From Myxococcota bacterium (GTDB taxonomy: Bacteria; Myxococcota_A; UBA796; CAJQPC01), in contig DASCPX010000009.1 of the NCBI GenBank assembly GCA_036012755.1, forward strand, positions 1 to 64,000: a DNA stretch of 64,000 bases. The letters are read 5' to 3'. The position numbers and the translations under genes were made by a program. Position 1 is the first letter of the stretch. Each line of letters begins with the position of its first letter. This document shows positions 1 through 9,836 of the stretch, in pieces. The notes below the pieces were generated by a model, which saw nothing but the letters and a program-made list of their open reading frames with translations, was not told the DNA's origin and did not search any database.

Positions 1-133
1 CAGGAACCACTTCCGAATCGCCCTGGGCAGCGCCGGCGAGGTGTTCGCGGTCTTTCAGATGCTGCGGCTGGACACGGAGCTGCAGGGCGACCTCCAGCGC
101 ATCGGCGCCATGCTCAGCGGGCTCGCCCGCTGA
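1..133 (+). CDS. Four-helix-bundle protein (23S rRNA-IVP/Avd-like family), 3' end only
   Basis: Frame from nt 2 reads RNHFRIALGSAGEVFAVFQMLRLDTELQGDLQRIGAMLSGLAR-stop(131-133); 'F.IA.GS..E' and 'I..ML.GL' are typical of this family. Not in the ORF track because it is truncated by the window edge. Confidence 0.7.
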   Translation, partial: RNHFRIALGSAGEVFAVFQMLRLDTELQGDLQRIGAMLSGLAR

Positions 134-165
134 GCCCACGCCTTGGGCCAATACGCAACATCCTG

Positions 166-1482
166 CTAAAGCGCGTCCTGGAGCGCGCTCGCGGCGTCGC
201 TGCCCTCGCGCACGAAGACCGGGAACTCGTCCAGGGGCACCTCGAGGGTGACAGCGCCGGAGTAGGCGGAGCCGTCGAAGAGGTAGATCCAGTCCCCATC
301 GGGCAGGGTCGTGCTCCGCGAGGTCCCCTCCTCCAGCATCGGCGCGACGAAGACATCCGGACCCAGCAGGTACTCGAAGGTCAGCGCGGACGTGAACGAC
401 ATCAGGGAGTTGCCTTCATGGAAGGCCGTCGCCCCGTGCTCGTTGATGTAGGGGAGGAGCGCCATGTGGAGGTCGACGAAGCGCTTGTAGATGGCGACCG
501 TCTCGTCGTCGAAGGCCCAGGGGTGGTGGTCGCCACCCCCGCCGTTCTCCATGACGGGGGACAAGGCGCCCAGCTGAGCCCACCGAAGGAAGAGCTCCTT
601 GCCACGCCCCTGCGGGTAGGTGTCGTCCTCGCGATAGCCGCCGATGTCGCTGCCGAAGGTCGCGTAGCCGTACTCCGAGGAGTGGCGCATGTTGTTCAAG
701 GCCGCCTGGAGGCCACTGAAGGTCGCGTCCTGGTCGCCGACCCACCCGGCCCAGAGGATGTCGACCGGCGTGAAGGCGAACCAGTCCCCGCCCTTGTCCG
801 CGCCGTAGTTGTCGATCGGCCGCGAGGTGTTCACCCGGTCATCTCCGAGCTGCTCGCGCGTGTAGTCGTGGAAGTCTCGGTAGTAGGCCGAGGAGTACTC
901 GATGCGATCGACCGCGCGGCCCGCGCCAGGGCTGTAGGGGGCGAAGACGACGCCGTAGTCGAGGCCGTCGCACTTCCAGCCGTCGATGTCGTAGGCCAGC
1001 GTCTTGTCGACCTGGCCGTGCCACCAGTCGACGGCCTCTGGATTCCAGTAGTCGATGAGACTCCCCTCGCCCTTCCACCAGTCGATGACCTCTGGCCCAG
1101 AGGACTCGTCGTCCTGCATGAACCAGCCCTTTTCGGCCACCTCGTCGTAGACCTCGACGTCCGTGTTGATGGCCGGCACGACCCAGACGAAGACGTGCAC
1201 GCCCTTGTCGTGAAAGTCGTCGATCATGCCCTGTGGGTCCGGGTAGCGGTCCGTGTCCCACTCGAAGGTGTTGTACCCGGTGGCCCAGGGCGAGTCGATG
1301 ATGATGGCGCCTACGTCGATGTCGCGCTCGAGGTAGCCATCCACCAGCGCCGTCGCGGACTCCTGGGTGGACTCGTCCTCCCAGACCCAGTGCTCGAAGG
1401 TCCAGTCCGGCCAGGGTGCCTCGTACTCGGGGGCGGCGGTGTCGTCGGGGGTCTTCTTGCAGGCAAGGGCGAGGATCAACAT
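166..1482 (-). CDS. Glycoside hydrolase family 31 (alpha-glucosidase/xylosidase-like), lipoprotein-like N-terminus
   Basis: IIIDSPW, YPDPQGMIDDFH, DGWKCD (nucleophile region), WVGD (acid/base), GSDIGGY, ELFLRWAQLGAL, YLLGPDVFVAP. Start chosen at ATG 1482 (MLILALAC). Confidence 0.85.
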   Translation of the reverse strand: MLILALACKKTPDDTAAPEYEAPWPDWTFEHWVWEDESTQESATALVDGYLERDIDVGAIIIDSPWATGYNTFEWDTDRYPDPQGMIDDFHDKGVHVFVWVVPAINTDVEVYDEVAEKGWFMQDDESSGPEVIDWWKGEGSLIDYWNPEAVDWWHGQVDKTLAYDIDGWKCDGLDYGVVFAPYSPGAGRAVDRIEYSSAYYRDFHDYTREQLGDDRVNTSRPIDNYGADKGGDWFAFTPVDILWAGWVGDQDATFSGLQAALNNMRHSSEYGYATFGSDIGGYREDDTYPQGRGKELFLRWAQLGALSPVMENGGGGDHHPWAFDDETVAIYKRFVDLHMALLPYINEHGATAFHEGNSLMSFTSALTFEYLLGPDVFVAPMLEEGTSRSTTLPDGDWIYLFDGSAYSGAVTLEVPLDEFPVFVREGSDAASALQDAL

Positions 1483-1574
1483 CGGATTCCGGCTAACCCG
1501 GCACCATCCGTGGACACTCGCCATCCTGGAGTTCCCCGGGATGCGCCGCCAGGTGGACGACCAGTAGCGCTGGG

Positions 1575-2345
1575 CTACTGGGGCTGGGTCGCCAGCATGG
1601 CCAGGTCGGGGCCAACCTGCTCGGCTCCCACGGGCCACTCCACCGGCGCTCCGAAGACCCGGGTGCCCTCGGCGGTCCAGGCGCGGTGGAGGAGCACGAT
1701 GTGGTCGTGTTCCTCGTGAATCGGAACGATCTCGCTGGAGTGGGCCTCTCCTATCGAGACCTCCGTGAAGATCTCCGCGTCGAGGACATCGACCCGCAGC
1801 CCGCCAGCGTCGTCGGCGACGAGGTGCAGGTAGCCGTCCTCTGGCCAGGCCGAGAGGCCCCCGTCCGCCTCGACGACGAGGTCGTCGGCCCGGTAGCCGA
1901 GGGGGCGACTCCAGCGGTCGAGGACCTTGACCCCGACGGCGGTCTCACCACCGGGTGCGAAGGCGATGGCGTCGAGCTCCTCGCCCACGAGGTCGACGAG
2001 CACGATCTCCGAGGCCGGCCGGAACCGGAGCTCGAAGTGGTCGTCGAGGGCGCCGTCGAAGAAGGCCTCTCCGCGGCCACGGTTCGGTCCGTGGACCAGG
2101 AGCGTGTAGGGCTCGGAGGCCGCGAAGCGGAGGCCGTCGGCCTCGCCCCAGACCTCTGGGAGCTCCTCGCCATCCTCGGCGTCGACCTCTGCGACGGCGA
2201 CGAAGGTGGCGTCGGAGCCTCCGACGATGCCGTGCTCCGGGTTCCACTTGGTCCCGGACTCGATCTGGAGGTCGGAGACGAAGCCGATGCGGCCCTCGTC
2301 TCCTGCGAAGTCGTAACAGGCGAACAGTGTCATCAGTGCAGTCAT
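1575..2345 (-). CDS. Hypothetical lipoprotein
   Basis: 256-aa ORF starting MTALMTLFAC; acidic composition typical of real genes here; TAGGGT hexamer 6 nt upstream of the ATG. Confidence 0.6.
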   Translation of the reverse strand: MTALMTLFACYDFAGDEGRIGFVSDLQIESGTKWNPEHGIVGGSDATFVAVAEVDAEDGEELPEVWGEADGLRFAASEPYTLLVHGPNRGRGEAFFDGALDDHFELRFRPASEIVLVDLVGEELDAIAFAPGGETAVGVKVLDRWSRPLGYRADDLVVEADGGLSAWPEDGYLHLVADDAGGLRVDVLDAEIFTEVSIGEAHSSEIVPIHEEHDHIVLLHRAWTAEGTRVFGAPVEWPVGAEQVGPDLAMLATQPQ

Positions 2346-2354
2346 GAAGGGACC

Positions 2355-3251
2355 CTACAGTCCGGGTGTCGCACCCATCTGACCAGGAGATGAAAAGGAG
2401 GTGAACCGGTCCGGGTAGTCGGTGATGAGGCCGTCGACCCCCCACTGCAGAAGCACGGCGCCACGCCCCGTGTCGTTGACGGTCCAGGGAATGACCCGGA
2501 GACCCAGCGCGTGCGCTGTCGTGACCAGCTCCGCCGAGAGCTGCTCGTGGTCGGGGGACCAGATGTCGCAGCCCGCAGCCTTCACCAGGGAGGGCAGGTC
2601 GTCGAAGCTGGCGGGGTCGAGGCCCCCGGTCCACGCAGAGCCCGGGACGACGGTCGCGGCCTCGGTCAAGCAGGCCGTCTCGAAGGCGCCTCCGAGGTGG
2701 GGGAACACCCGCCAGTCGAAGCTCTGGACGACGACCTTCGAGCGGTCCAGCTCCAGGGCGAGCAGCGCCCGGGCGAAGTCCTCTGGAGAGGCTGTGGCCT
2801 CTGGCCGCGTGGGATCCAGCTTGGTCTCGACGTTCAGGGGCGCCCCCAGTCCGGCCACCTCCGCGAGGGCGGGGATGCGCACGCCGTCGGCACCCTGCAG
2901 CTCCTCGAAGCGCTTCGCGTAGGCCGTGCCTGGCCGCAAGCGCCCGACATCGTAGGCGTTCAGCTCCTGCCAGGTCAGGGAGCGCAGGGACGGGGTCTGT
3001 TCCACCCACGCGCCGTCCAGCCGCGTGGTGTCGGGGTTGATGTGGGTGTCGTGGTGAGCGACGAGGACCCCATCGGCCGTCATGCCCACGTCCAGCTCGA
3101 GCCGGTCCACGCCGATCTCCAGCGCCCTCGAAAACCCCATGAGCGTGTTCTCGGGGGCCAGCCCGCGGGTCCCCCGGTGGCCCTGCAGCTCAAACGACAT
3201 CGTGCCTCCCAGCGCCAGCGTGATCAGCACGAGACCTTGGATGATGGGCAT
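2355..3251 (-). CDS. Glycerophosphodiester phosphodiesterase
   Basis: HRG...PENT, ELDV, HD, NVETK, QSFD, PWTVN, GVDGLITDYPD motifs. Start at ATG 3251 preferred because TACCAT lies 7 nt upstream. Confidence 0.9.
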   Translation of the reverse strand: MPIIQGLVLITLALGGTMSFELQGHRGTRGLAPENTLMGFSRALEIGVDRLELDVGMTADGVLVAHHDTHINPDTTRLDGAWVEQTPSLRSLTWQELNAYDVGRLRPGTAYAKRFEELQGADGVRIPALAEVAGLGAPLNVETKLDPTRPEATASPEDFARALLALELDRSKVVVQSFDWRVFPHLGGAFETACLTEAATVVPGSAWTGGLDPASFDDLPSLVKAAGCDIWSPDHEQLSAELVTTAHALGLRVIPWTVNDTGRGAVLLQWGVDGLITDYPDRFTSFSSPGQMGATPGL

Positions 3252-3274
3252 GCCTCGCATGGTAGACCCTGTCG

Positions 3275-4390
3275 GTGTTCCTGCTCGTCGGCGCCGCCCT
3301 CGCGGGCGACTGGTCGCTGACGCCGATGCCCATCGGCGACTACAGCACCGATCACGGCATCGGCTATGGCGGCTACGGCCTGGCGGTTCGGCGGGAGCAC
3401 GAGGGGGCTGACGACTACCAGCTCCGGCTCGGCCTCCAGCTCTTCTGGAGCACGGGAAGATACCGGAACCACTGGCTGAAAGCAGAGGCGCCAGGCATCC
3501 GCGGGAGCCCGTGGAGCGTGGAGGTCGAGGCCGGCTGGGAGGCCTGGGAGTTCGCGCCCTACTACGGCGCAGGCAACGCCGTGGAGGTCTCGAAAGACGC
3601 CTCGGAGAACTTCGACGCCTACGACATCGCCGGTGGCTACGTGCTCTCCAACCTGCGACGCGACCTCGTCGGCTCCTGGGACGCCTTCGCCACGGCGCTC
3701 TACCGTCCTACGCAGGTGAATCCATACCCCCAGACCCGCCTCAGCGCCGAGGCCCCGCTGGGACTGTTCGGAGGCAGGGCGACTCGGCTGGGCGTCGGCT
3801 TGATCCACGACACGCGCCGGGGACTGCCGAACCCGACCTCCGGACACGCGACCGAGCTCTCCGTCCGGATCTCCCACCGGTGGCTGGGCTCGGAGTTCAG
3901 CGGCTTCGGTCTGACCTTCGCCGACCGGCGCTTCCACCCCATCGCCCAGTGCGATCGACTCGTGTTCGCCTCGCAGATCGTGGCCGATGTCCGCTTCGGC
4001 GAGGAGCCCTTCTTCATGGCTCACATCCTGGGTGGAAGCCGCTGGCTCGCCCTCGGAGGCCCCGACCTCCTGCGCGGCTTTCCCGAGGGTCGCTTCCGGG
4101 GGGACGGCGCCCTGGTCGTAGCGGAAGAGCTGCGCTGGACGGCCCATGTCTTGAACATCCGGGGCCACAGCCTGGGCCTGGCGCCCACCCCATTTTTCGA
4201 GGTCGGCCGCGTGTGGCTCCGCGGCGAGGACGACCCCTGGTGGCACGTGCACGGTGACGCGGGCCTGGGACTCCGCTTCATCTGGGACGAAGACCTCGTC
4301 ATCCGCTGGGACACGGCCATCGGCCTCGAGGAGTACGACGAGCTCTCCCCGGTCCTGGGGATGTGGTTCATGTTCGACCATCCCTTCTGA
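3275..4390 (+). CDS. Omp85/BamA-TamA family outer-membrane beta-barrel without POTRA domains
   Basis: Alternating beta-strand pattern, 'DTR...NPTSG', 'LGG..LLRGFPEGRF' (VRGF/Y-like), 'G.GLR', C-terminal aromatic F. Confidence 0.7.
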   Translation: MFLLVGAALAGDWSLTPMPIGDYSTDHGIGYGGYGLAVRREHEGADDYQLRLGLQLFWSTGRYRNHWLKAEAPGIRGSPWSVEVEAGWEAWEFAPYYGAGNAVEVSKDASENFDAYDIAGGYVLSNLRRDLVGSWDAFATALYRPTQVNPYPQTRLSAEAPLGLFGGRATRLGVGLIHDTRRGLPNPTSGHATELSVRISHRWLGSEFSGFGLTFADRRFHPIAQCDRLVFASQIVADVRFGEEPFFMAHILGGSRWLALGGPDLLRGFPEGRFRGDGALVVAEELRWTAHVLNIRGHSLGLAPTPFFEVGRVWLRGEDDPWWHVHGDAGLGLRFIWDEDLVIRWDTAIGLEEYDELSPVLGMWFMFDHPF

Positions 4391-4422
4391 ACCGGTCAGC
4401 CTCGCCAGTGTCCGAGACGAGC

Positions 4423-4989
4423 GTGTTGTTCCTGCTGCTCGGCGCCGGTCTCGTGGACGAGGGCTCCGACACGCCTGAGGGGGCGATCGTGAACTTCTCC
4501 CAGGGGAGCGGCTTCATCATCTCCCCAGAGGGCCACGTGCTCACCAACGTGCACGTCGAAGCACGCGAGATCGCATGGGTCGTCATCGACGACGAGCCCC
4601 GACGGCTGGACCTGGTCGCCCTGGAGACGGACCTCGATCTGGCCCTCTACAGGCTCGAGGGCGCGGATGACGTGGAGTGGATCCCGATCCGCGCGAAGCC
4701 GCCCGTGCGCTACGAGCCGATCACCTGCATCGGCTACCTGGACAAGGACCTCTCGATCAGCCAGGGACGCATGCGCTCACGGCCAGAGATGCTCGGGGGG
4801 ATACCGATCATCGAGCACAACGCTCCGACCTTGTGGGGCTCCAGCGGCTCCCCCCTGCTCGACACCCACGGCGAAGCCATCGGCGTCCACTGGGCCTGGT
4901 CGGAGACACGTCGCACGCTGCTCGCCATCGACCTTCCTGCTGCGGTCGCGCTGTGGGAGCCCTTGGCCGAGGTCGTCCCTCCGAGTTGA
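4423..4989 (+). CDS. Trypsin-like serine protease (S1C-like)
   Basis: GSGFII, LTNVHV (His), DLDLAL (Asp), GSSGSPL (Ser). Start inferred at GTG 4423. Confidence 0.8.
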   Translation: MLFLLLGAGLVDEGSDTPEGAIVNFSQGSGFIISPEGHVLTNVHVEAREIAWVVIDDEPRRLDLVALETDLDLALYRLEGADDVEWIPIRAKPPVRYEPITCIGYLDKDLSISQGRMRSRPEMLGGIPIIEHNAPTLWGSSGSPLLDTHGEAIGVHWAWSETRRTLLAIDLPAAVALWEPLAEVVPPS

Positions 4990-4996
4990 GGCCAGG

Positions 4997-5725
4997 TCAC
5001 CTCCAGCGGAGCGCCTCGTGGAGCGACGCCACGGGGCCCACGATCGTCGTCGCGGGAGCGCGGAGCCCGGCCTCTGTGACGCGCTCGGCGATGTCCGACA
5101 GAGTCCCCGTGACCACCATCTGGGTGGGCAGGGAGGGGGCCTGGACCACTGCGACGGGGGTCGCAGGATCGCGCCCGGCAGCGACGAGGACAGCGGCGAT
5201 GTCCCCCAGTCGGCTCAGGCCCATCAAGATGACCAGCGTGTGGTCCGTGCCAGCCAGCGCCTGCCAGCTGACCGGGCGCCGTCCCGAGGCCGCGTCGTGT
5301 CCGGTGACGACCGTGAAGGCCCCCGAGAGTTCGCGGTGGGTGACGGGAATGCCCGCCATCGCCGGTCCGGCGACCGCGACGCTGACCCCAGGCACGAGCT
5401 CGTAGTCGACGCCCGGCTCGCGGAGCTGCAGCATCTCCTCTGCTCCCCGACCGAAGACCAGCGGGTCGCCACCCTTGAGCCGGACCACCCGCCTGCCAGC
5501 CCGGGCGTGCTCGACGAGCAGCTCGCCGATCGCTCGTTGCTCGGCCATTTGCCGTCCGCGGCGCTTGCCCACGTCGATGACGACGGCCTCCCCCGGGATC
5601 AGCTCGAGGATGGCGGCACCCACGAGGGCATCGTGAAGGACGACCTCCGCCGCCTGCAGCACCTCGAGACCACGAACGGTGAGCAATCCCGGGTCGCCCG
5701 GTCCAGCGCCGACGAGCCAGACCAT
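4997..5725 (-). CDS. cobA: Uroporphyrinogen-III C-methyltransferase (SUMT)
   Basis: VWLVGAGPGDPGLLT, VVRLKGGDPLVFGRGAEE, VPGVS, GIPVTHR, TLVILMG. Confidence 0.92.
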   Translation of the reverse strand: MVWLVGAGPGDPGLLTVRGLEVLQAAEVVLHDALVGAAILELIPGEAVVIDVGKRRGRQMAEQRAIGELLVEHARAGRRVVRLKGGDPLVFGRGAEEMLQLREPGVDYELVPGVSVAVAGPAMAGIPVTHRELSGAFTVVTGHDAASGRRPVSWQALAGTDHTLVILMGLSRLGDIAAVLVAAGRDPATPVAVVQAPSLPTQMVVTGTLSDIAERVTEAGLRAPATTIVGPVASLHEALRWR

Positions 5726-5833
5726 CAGGCCAGCTCTGAGGTCGAGGTCAGCAGGGTGGCCGAGAGCACGCCGTCCTCCGGGAACCGAGTCGGAACCCAA
5801 AAGATGTAGAGTCGTGGACCGCACGGAGGCCCC

Positions 5834-7885
5834 ATGACTCCCCTCGCCCTCCTCCTCGCCTTGTCCTGCCGAAGCAAGGTCGACACGGGCTCTCCCACCG
5901 ACTCCTCTCCTGTCGTCTCAGAGGACCTCGACGGCGACGGCTACACGGACGACTGCGACGACAACAACCCCGACGTGCACGCTGGCGCGGCGGAGATCTG
6001 CGACGGCCTCGACAACGACTGCAACGAGCTCGTCGACGACTCCCCGACCGATGGCACGACCTGGTACGCGGACACCGACGGGGACGGCTACGGCGACGCG
6101 GACGACTCCCAGGACGCCTGCGAGATGCCCGCCGGCTACGTCGCCAACGACGAGGACTGCAACGACACCGACGCCCGCTACAACCCCGGAGCGCCCGAGT
6201 ACGACTGCGAGGATCCAGAGGACTACAACTGCGACGGCTCCGTGGGCTACGTCGACTCCGACGCCGATGGCTTCGCCGCCTGCGCCGAGTGCGATGACTC
6301 CGACGCGGACATCAACCCCGACGCCGACGAGGTCTGCAACGACCAAGACGACAACTGCAACGGCTTCACGGACGACGAGGACCCGCTGTTGTCAGACGGC
6401 ACGACGTACTACGCGGACAGCGACAACGACGGCTTTGGCGGCAACCGCCTCACGGTAGAGGCCTGCGAGGCCCCCGATGGCTATGTCGACAACTCCGACG
6501 ACTGCGACGACCTCGAGGCGGACACGTACCCGGACGCTCAGGAGGTCTGCGACGAGGAAGACAACGACTGCGACGGGGACACGGACGAGGACGTCGAGTC
6601 CATCTTCTACGCCGACGACGACGGCGACGGGTACGGAGAGCCCGGCAACGTCGAGCAGGCCTGCGACGCGCCCTCCGGCTACGTCGCGAACAACGACGAC
6701 TGTGACGACGACGACGCCGCGACCAGCCCCGCCGCCTACGAGATCTGCGACGAAGAGGACAACGACTGCGACGGAGACACGGACGAGGACAGCGCCATCG
6801 ACGCCTCGACCTGGTACGCGGACGACGACGGGGACGACTACGGCGACTCCTCCGACAGCCAGGAGGGCTGCGAGCAGCCCAGCGGCTACGTCTCCGACGA
6901 CACGGACTGCGACGACACCGACGCGGACATCAACCCCGGCGAGACAGAGGTCTGGTACGACGGCACCGACTCGGACTGCGACGGAGGGAGCGACTACGAC
7001 CAGGACGGCGATGGCTACGACAGCGACGACTACTCGGGCGACGACTGCGACGACACGGACGCCAGCAAGTACGAGGAGTGCGTCCTGTACACCTTCAGCT
7101 CGCACACCTTCACGCCGTGCAGCGCCGAGGGACACGAGGGCCCGACGCTCGCCGCCTGCAAGACCGCCTACAGCACCGACTGGGACAGCGACAGCGACTA
7201 CTTCTCGATGGACACCCAGGGCGTGCAGCTCTGGACCGTGCCAGAAGACGGCGACTACAGCTTCGAGGTCTACGGCGCCGCCTCTGGAGAGAACACCGGG
7301 TACACGAGCTACCCGGGCCGAGGCGCCTACGAGTACGGCGAGTTCACCCTCACCCAGGGCGACGTCATCCAGATCCTCGTCGGCCAGCGCGGCGAGACCG
7401 TCTACTACCACACGGGCGGTGGCGGCGGCTCCTTCGTCGTGGAAGAGGACAACACGCCGATGATCATCGCCGGCGGCGGCGGCAGCGCCTGTCGGGGAGA
7501 CGACACCCGCAGCTCGTACACCGACGCGACCAGCAGCACCAGCGGTGTCAACACGGCCTGCAACGGCGGCTCTGGGGGCGACGGCGGCGAGAGCTGCAGC
7601 GGCAGCTACGGTCCCGGCGGCGGCGGCTTCTCCGGCGACGGCGCCGACGGCCCCACCAGCGGCAGCGACGACTCCACCGGCGGCTCGAGCTTCCTCAACG
7701 GGGGCGAGGGCGGCGACTGCTGCTGCATCTGCGGGAGCAACGCGGGCGAGGGCGGCTTCGGCGGCGGCGGCGGCAGCTACTGCACCGGCGGCGGCGGCGG
7801 CGGCTCATACAACAACGGCTCGAACTCCTCGTCGTCGACCAGCGCGAACGATGACGACGGCTACGTGACGGTGACCAGGCTCTGA
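5834..7885 (+). CDS. Lipoprotein with multiple Asp/Cys-rich putative metal-binding (MopE-like) repeats and a C-terminal ALK/LTK-like glycine-rich domain
   Basis: GGAGG SD; signal ending LALSC; repeated DCDD...PGA.E.CD..DNDCDG..DE and WYAD.DGDGYG; C-terminal Q.WTVP..G.Y.FE.YGA..G / ILVGQ.G / GGGGGSFV / IIAGGGG. Confidence 0.8.
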   Translation: MTPLALLLALSCRSKVDTGSPTDSSPVVSEDLDGDGYTDDCDDNNPDVHAGAAEICDGLDNDCNELVDDSPTDGTTWYADTDGDGYGDADDSQDACEMPAGYVANDEDCNDTDARYNPGAPEYDCEDPEDYNCDGSVGYVDSDADGFAACAECDDSDADINPDADEVCNDQDDNCNGFTDDEDPLLSDGTTYYADSDNDGFGGNRLTVEACEAPDGYVDNSDDCDDLEADTYPDAQEVCDEEDNDCDGDTDEDVESIFYADDDGDGYGEPGNVEQACDAPSGYVANNDDCDDDDAATSPAAYEICDEEDNDCDGDTDEDSAIDASTWYADDDGDDYGDSSDSQEGCEQPSGYVSDDTDCDDTDADINPGETEVWYDGTDSDCDGGSDYDQDGDGYDSDDYSGDDCDDTDASKYEECVLYTFSSHTFTPCSAEGHEGPTLAACKTAYSTDWDSDSDYFSMDTQGVQLWTVPEDGDYSFEVYGAASGENTGYTSYPGRGAYEYGEFTLTQGDVIQILVGQRGETVYYHTGGGGGSFVVEEDNTPMIIAGGGGSACRGDDTRSSYTDATSSTSGVNTACNGGSGGDGGESCSGSYGPGGGGFSGDGADGPTSGSDDSTGGSSFLNGGEGGDCCCICGSNAGEGGFGGGGGSYCTGGGGGGSYNNGSNSSSSTSANDDDGYVTVTRL

Positions 7886-7892
7886 GCCCCCC

Positions 7893-8911
7893 TCACGGCG
7901 TGTAGCAGGCCTGGTGATCCGGGTCGTGGTGGATGTGGCGGGCCGCGCCGCAGCTGGCCATGCCCTGGTGGTCGTTCTCGACCTCGCAGACATCCGTGGC
8001 GTCGGGATCGAGCTGGAAGACGACGCTGTAGCTCCAGTGGCCCCAGACGTTCACGCAGTAGGTCCCGCAGTAGTTGCAGCCCTGCAGGTCGTCTTCCCAC
8101 CAGCCGGTCGTGATCTCGGTGGCCACGTCGGATGCGTGCCCGTCGACGCTCAGCTGGAAGACCTGGAGCCCGTTTTCGTTTTTCGGCCAGTAGTTCTGGC
8201 CCACGAAGGACCCGCTGGAGTCCATCGTCACCGTCGCCGGGATGCTGGAGGGGTCCGTGTCGTTGTAGATCGGAGGCACGGTGGTCGCAGGCTGGCCGAT
8301 CTTCACGGTCGCTCCCGACACCCCCTGACCGGCTGCGTCGAGGACGCTGATGCTCACGTAGTTGCCGCACTGGGGCTGCTCGCCGCAGGTCCACTGGTGG
8401 TTCTGGACCACCTTGTAGATGCCGCCGGTGGTGTCGGGCACCGTGTCTCGTGCCGTGACATCGACCTTCTCCGCCCACTCGGTGTTTCCGCCGACCTCGC
8501 CAGCGAGACACAGCTCGCCGAGCTCGACCTGGCTCAGGGCGAAGTACCAGACGGCGGCTCCCCCCTCGACGGTGCCCGGGTCGATACGCCTCGTGCCTCC
8601 GGCGCCCCCCGCCACGAGCACCATGTCCGGAGCCTCTGCCCTCCCCGTTCCGTCCGTGGCCCGCACCGTGACGGTCAGGGTGTCACCGGGATGGGGCTCT
8701 CGGCCGGGTCCCAGAGCACGGCGGTCTGGACGCTCGTCGAGCCCACCGTCGCCGCCTCGCAGGTGAACGTCGAGGCCTCGCTGTCGTCGACGACGGGCTC
8801 GGAGTCATCGACCACCGGCTCCGAGTCGTCGGGGTCGTCGTCGCCGTCACGCTCCGGACGAATGGGCTCGTCGGTGACGGGCTGACTCGAGCAGGCCAAC
8901 AAGAACAACAC
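7893..8911 (-). pseudogene. Cys-rich secreted lipoprotein split by a 2-nt frameshift near 8697-8700 (pseudogene or sequencing error)
   Basis: ORF 8675-8911 (MLFLLAC...) and ORF 7893-8666 join as ...WDPAE-PHPGDTLTVTVRATDG... if one AG of GAGAG is removed. Confidence 0.6.
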
Positions 8912-8952
8912 AGCCTCGGCAATAGCCGGATTGGTGGTGCGTTGTCAGGGAC

Positions 8953-9783
8953 ATGCTCCTCCTGTTGTCGTCCTGCTCGCCCGGTCCCATGGACGTCGAG
9001 CCCCTCTACTTCTTCGACTCGCACATCCACAGGACCACGGACGAGGAGGAGTTCCTCGACCTCGCCGAGCGCTTCGAGGGTGTAGCCGTCCTGGGTCCGT
9101 GGACGACCATCGAGATGCCCTCTGACACGCTGTTGCCCTTTGCCTTCCCGGCGCGAGACGAAGACGGCGCTCTGGAGCTGAGCGAGCGCACCATCCCGGT
9201 CCTCGAGGCCCAGCTCGAGTCGGGCGCGCAGGGAATCGGGGAGCTCTCGGTCCGCCACCCGCCGACCATCAACAACCCCTCCGGGGACGACGTCGAGGCC
9301 GACCATCCGATCCTCCTCGAGGTCTACGAGCTCGCAGCCGAGCGCGGGGTACCCGTGAACCTGCACTTCGACCACTCGGTGGAGCACGTCGATGAGCTGC
9401 ACGCGGCCCTGGATCACACGGACGCCGTCTTCATCTGGGCTCACGCCGGCGACGCTCAGCCCGACGCGGTCCGCGAGGTCATGGAGGCCCACCCTTCGCT
9501 GTATGTGGACCTCGCCTGCCGGGGCCCCCACTACGAGCGCGGCTACGACTTCGACGCGCAGTCGATCGGCGAGCTCGACGTCGGCCTCGACACCGACTGG
9601 AAGTCCTTGCTCGAGGACCACGGCGACCGCTTCCTCTTCGGCTCGGACATCGGTCCAGAGGGCCGCAACGAGCAGCTGGACGAGGTCATCGACTACTTCA
9701 CCGCGATGTTCGGCGAGCTCGACGAGGACACCGCGCACGCCATCGCCCACGACAACGCGGAGCGGCTCTTCGGCGTCCCCTAG
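8953..9783 (+). CDS. Amidohydrolase-family metallohydrolase (lipoprotein-like)
   Basis: DSHIH, GIGE, PVNLH, WAHAG, DRFLFGSD, NAERLF. Confidence 0.8.
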   Translation: MLLLLSSCSPGPMDVEPLYFFDSHIHRTTDEEEFLDLAERFEGVAVLGPWTTIEMPSDTLLPFAFPARDEDGALELSERTIPVLEAQLESGAQGIGELSVRHPPTINNPSGDDVEADHPILLEVYELAAERGVPVNLHFDHSVEHVDELHAALDHTDAVFIWAHAGDAQPDAVREVMEAHPSLYVDLACRGPHYERGYDFDAQSIGELDVGLDTDWKSLLEDHGDRFLFGSDIGPEGRNEQLDEVIDYFTAMFGELDEDTAHAIAHDNAERLFGVP

Positions 9784-9836
9784 CGCAGGCCGGCGTGCTA
9801 TGTAGTCGCCGACTACATTCTCTCCCCGGAGCCGAG

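Noticed and set aside
4997..5725. cobA as part of a heme d1/siroheme or cofactor pathway with the radical SAM genes
   Set aside because: It is isolated, about 16 kb from the nearest rSAM gene, with no other tetrapyrrole genes in the window.
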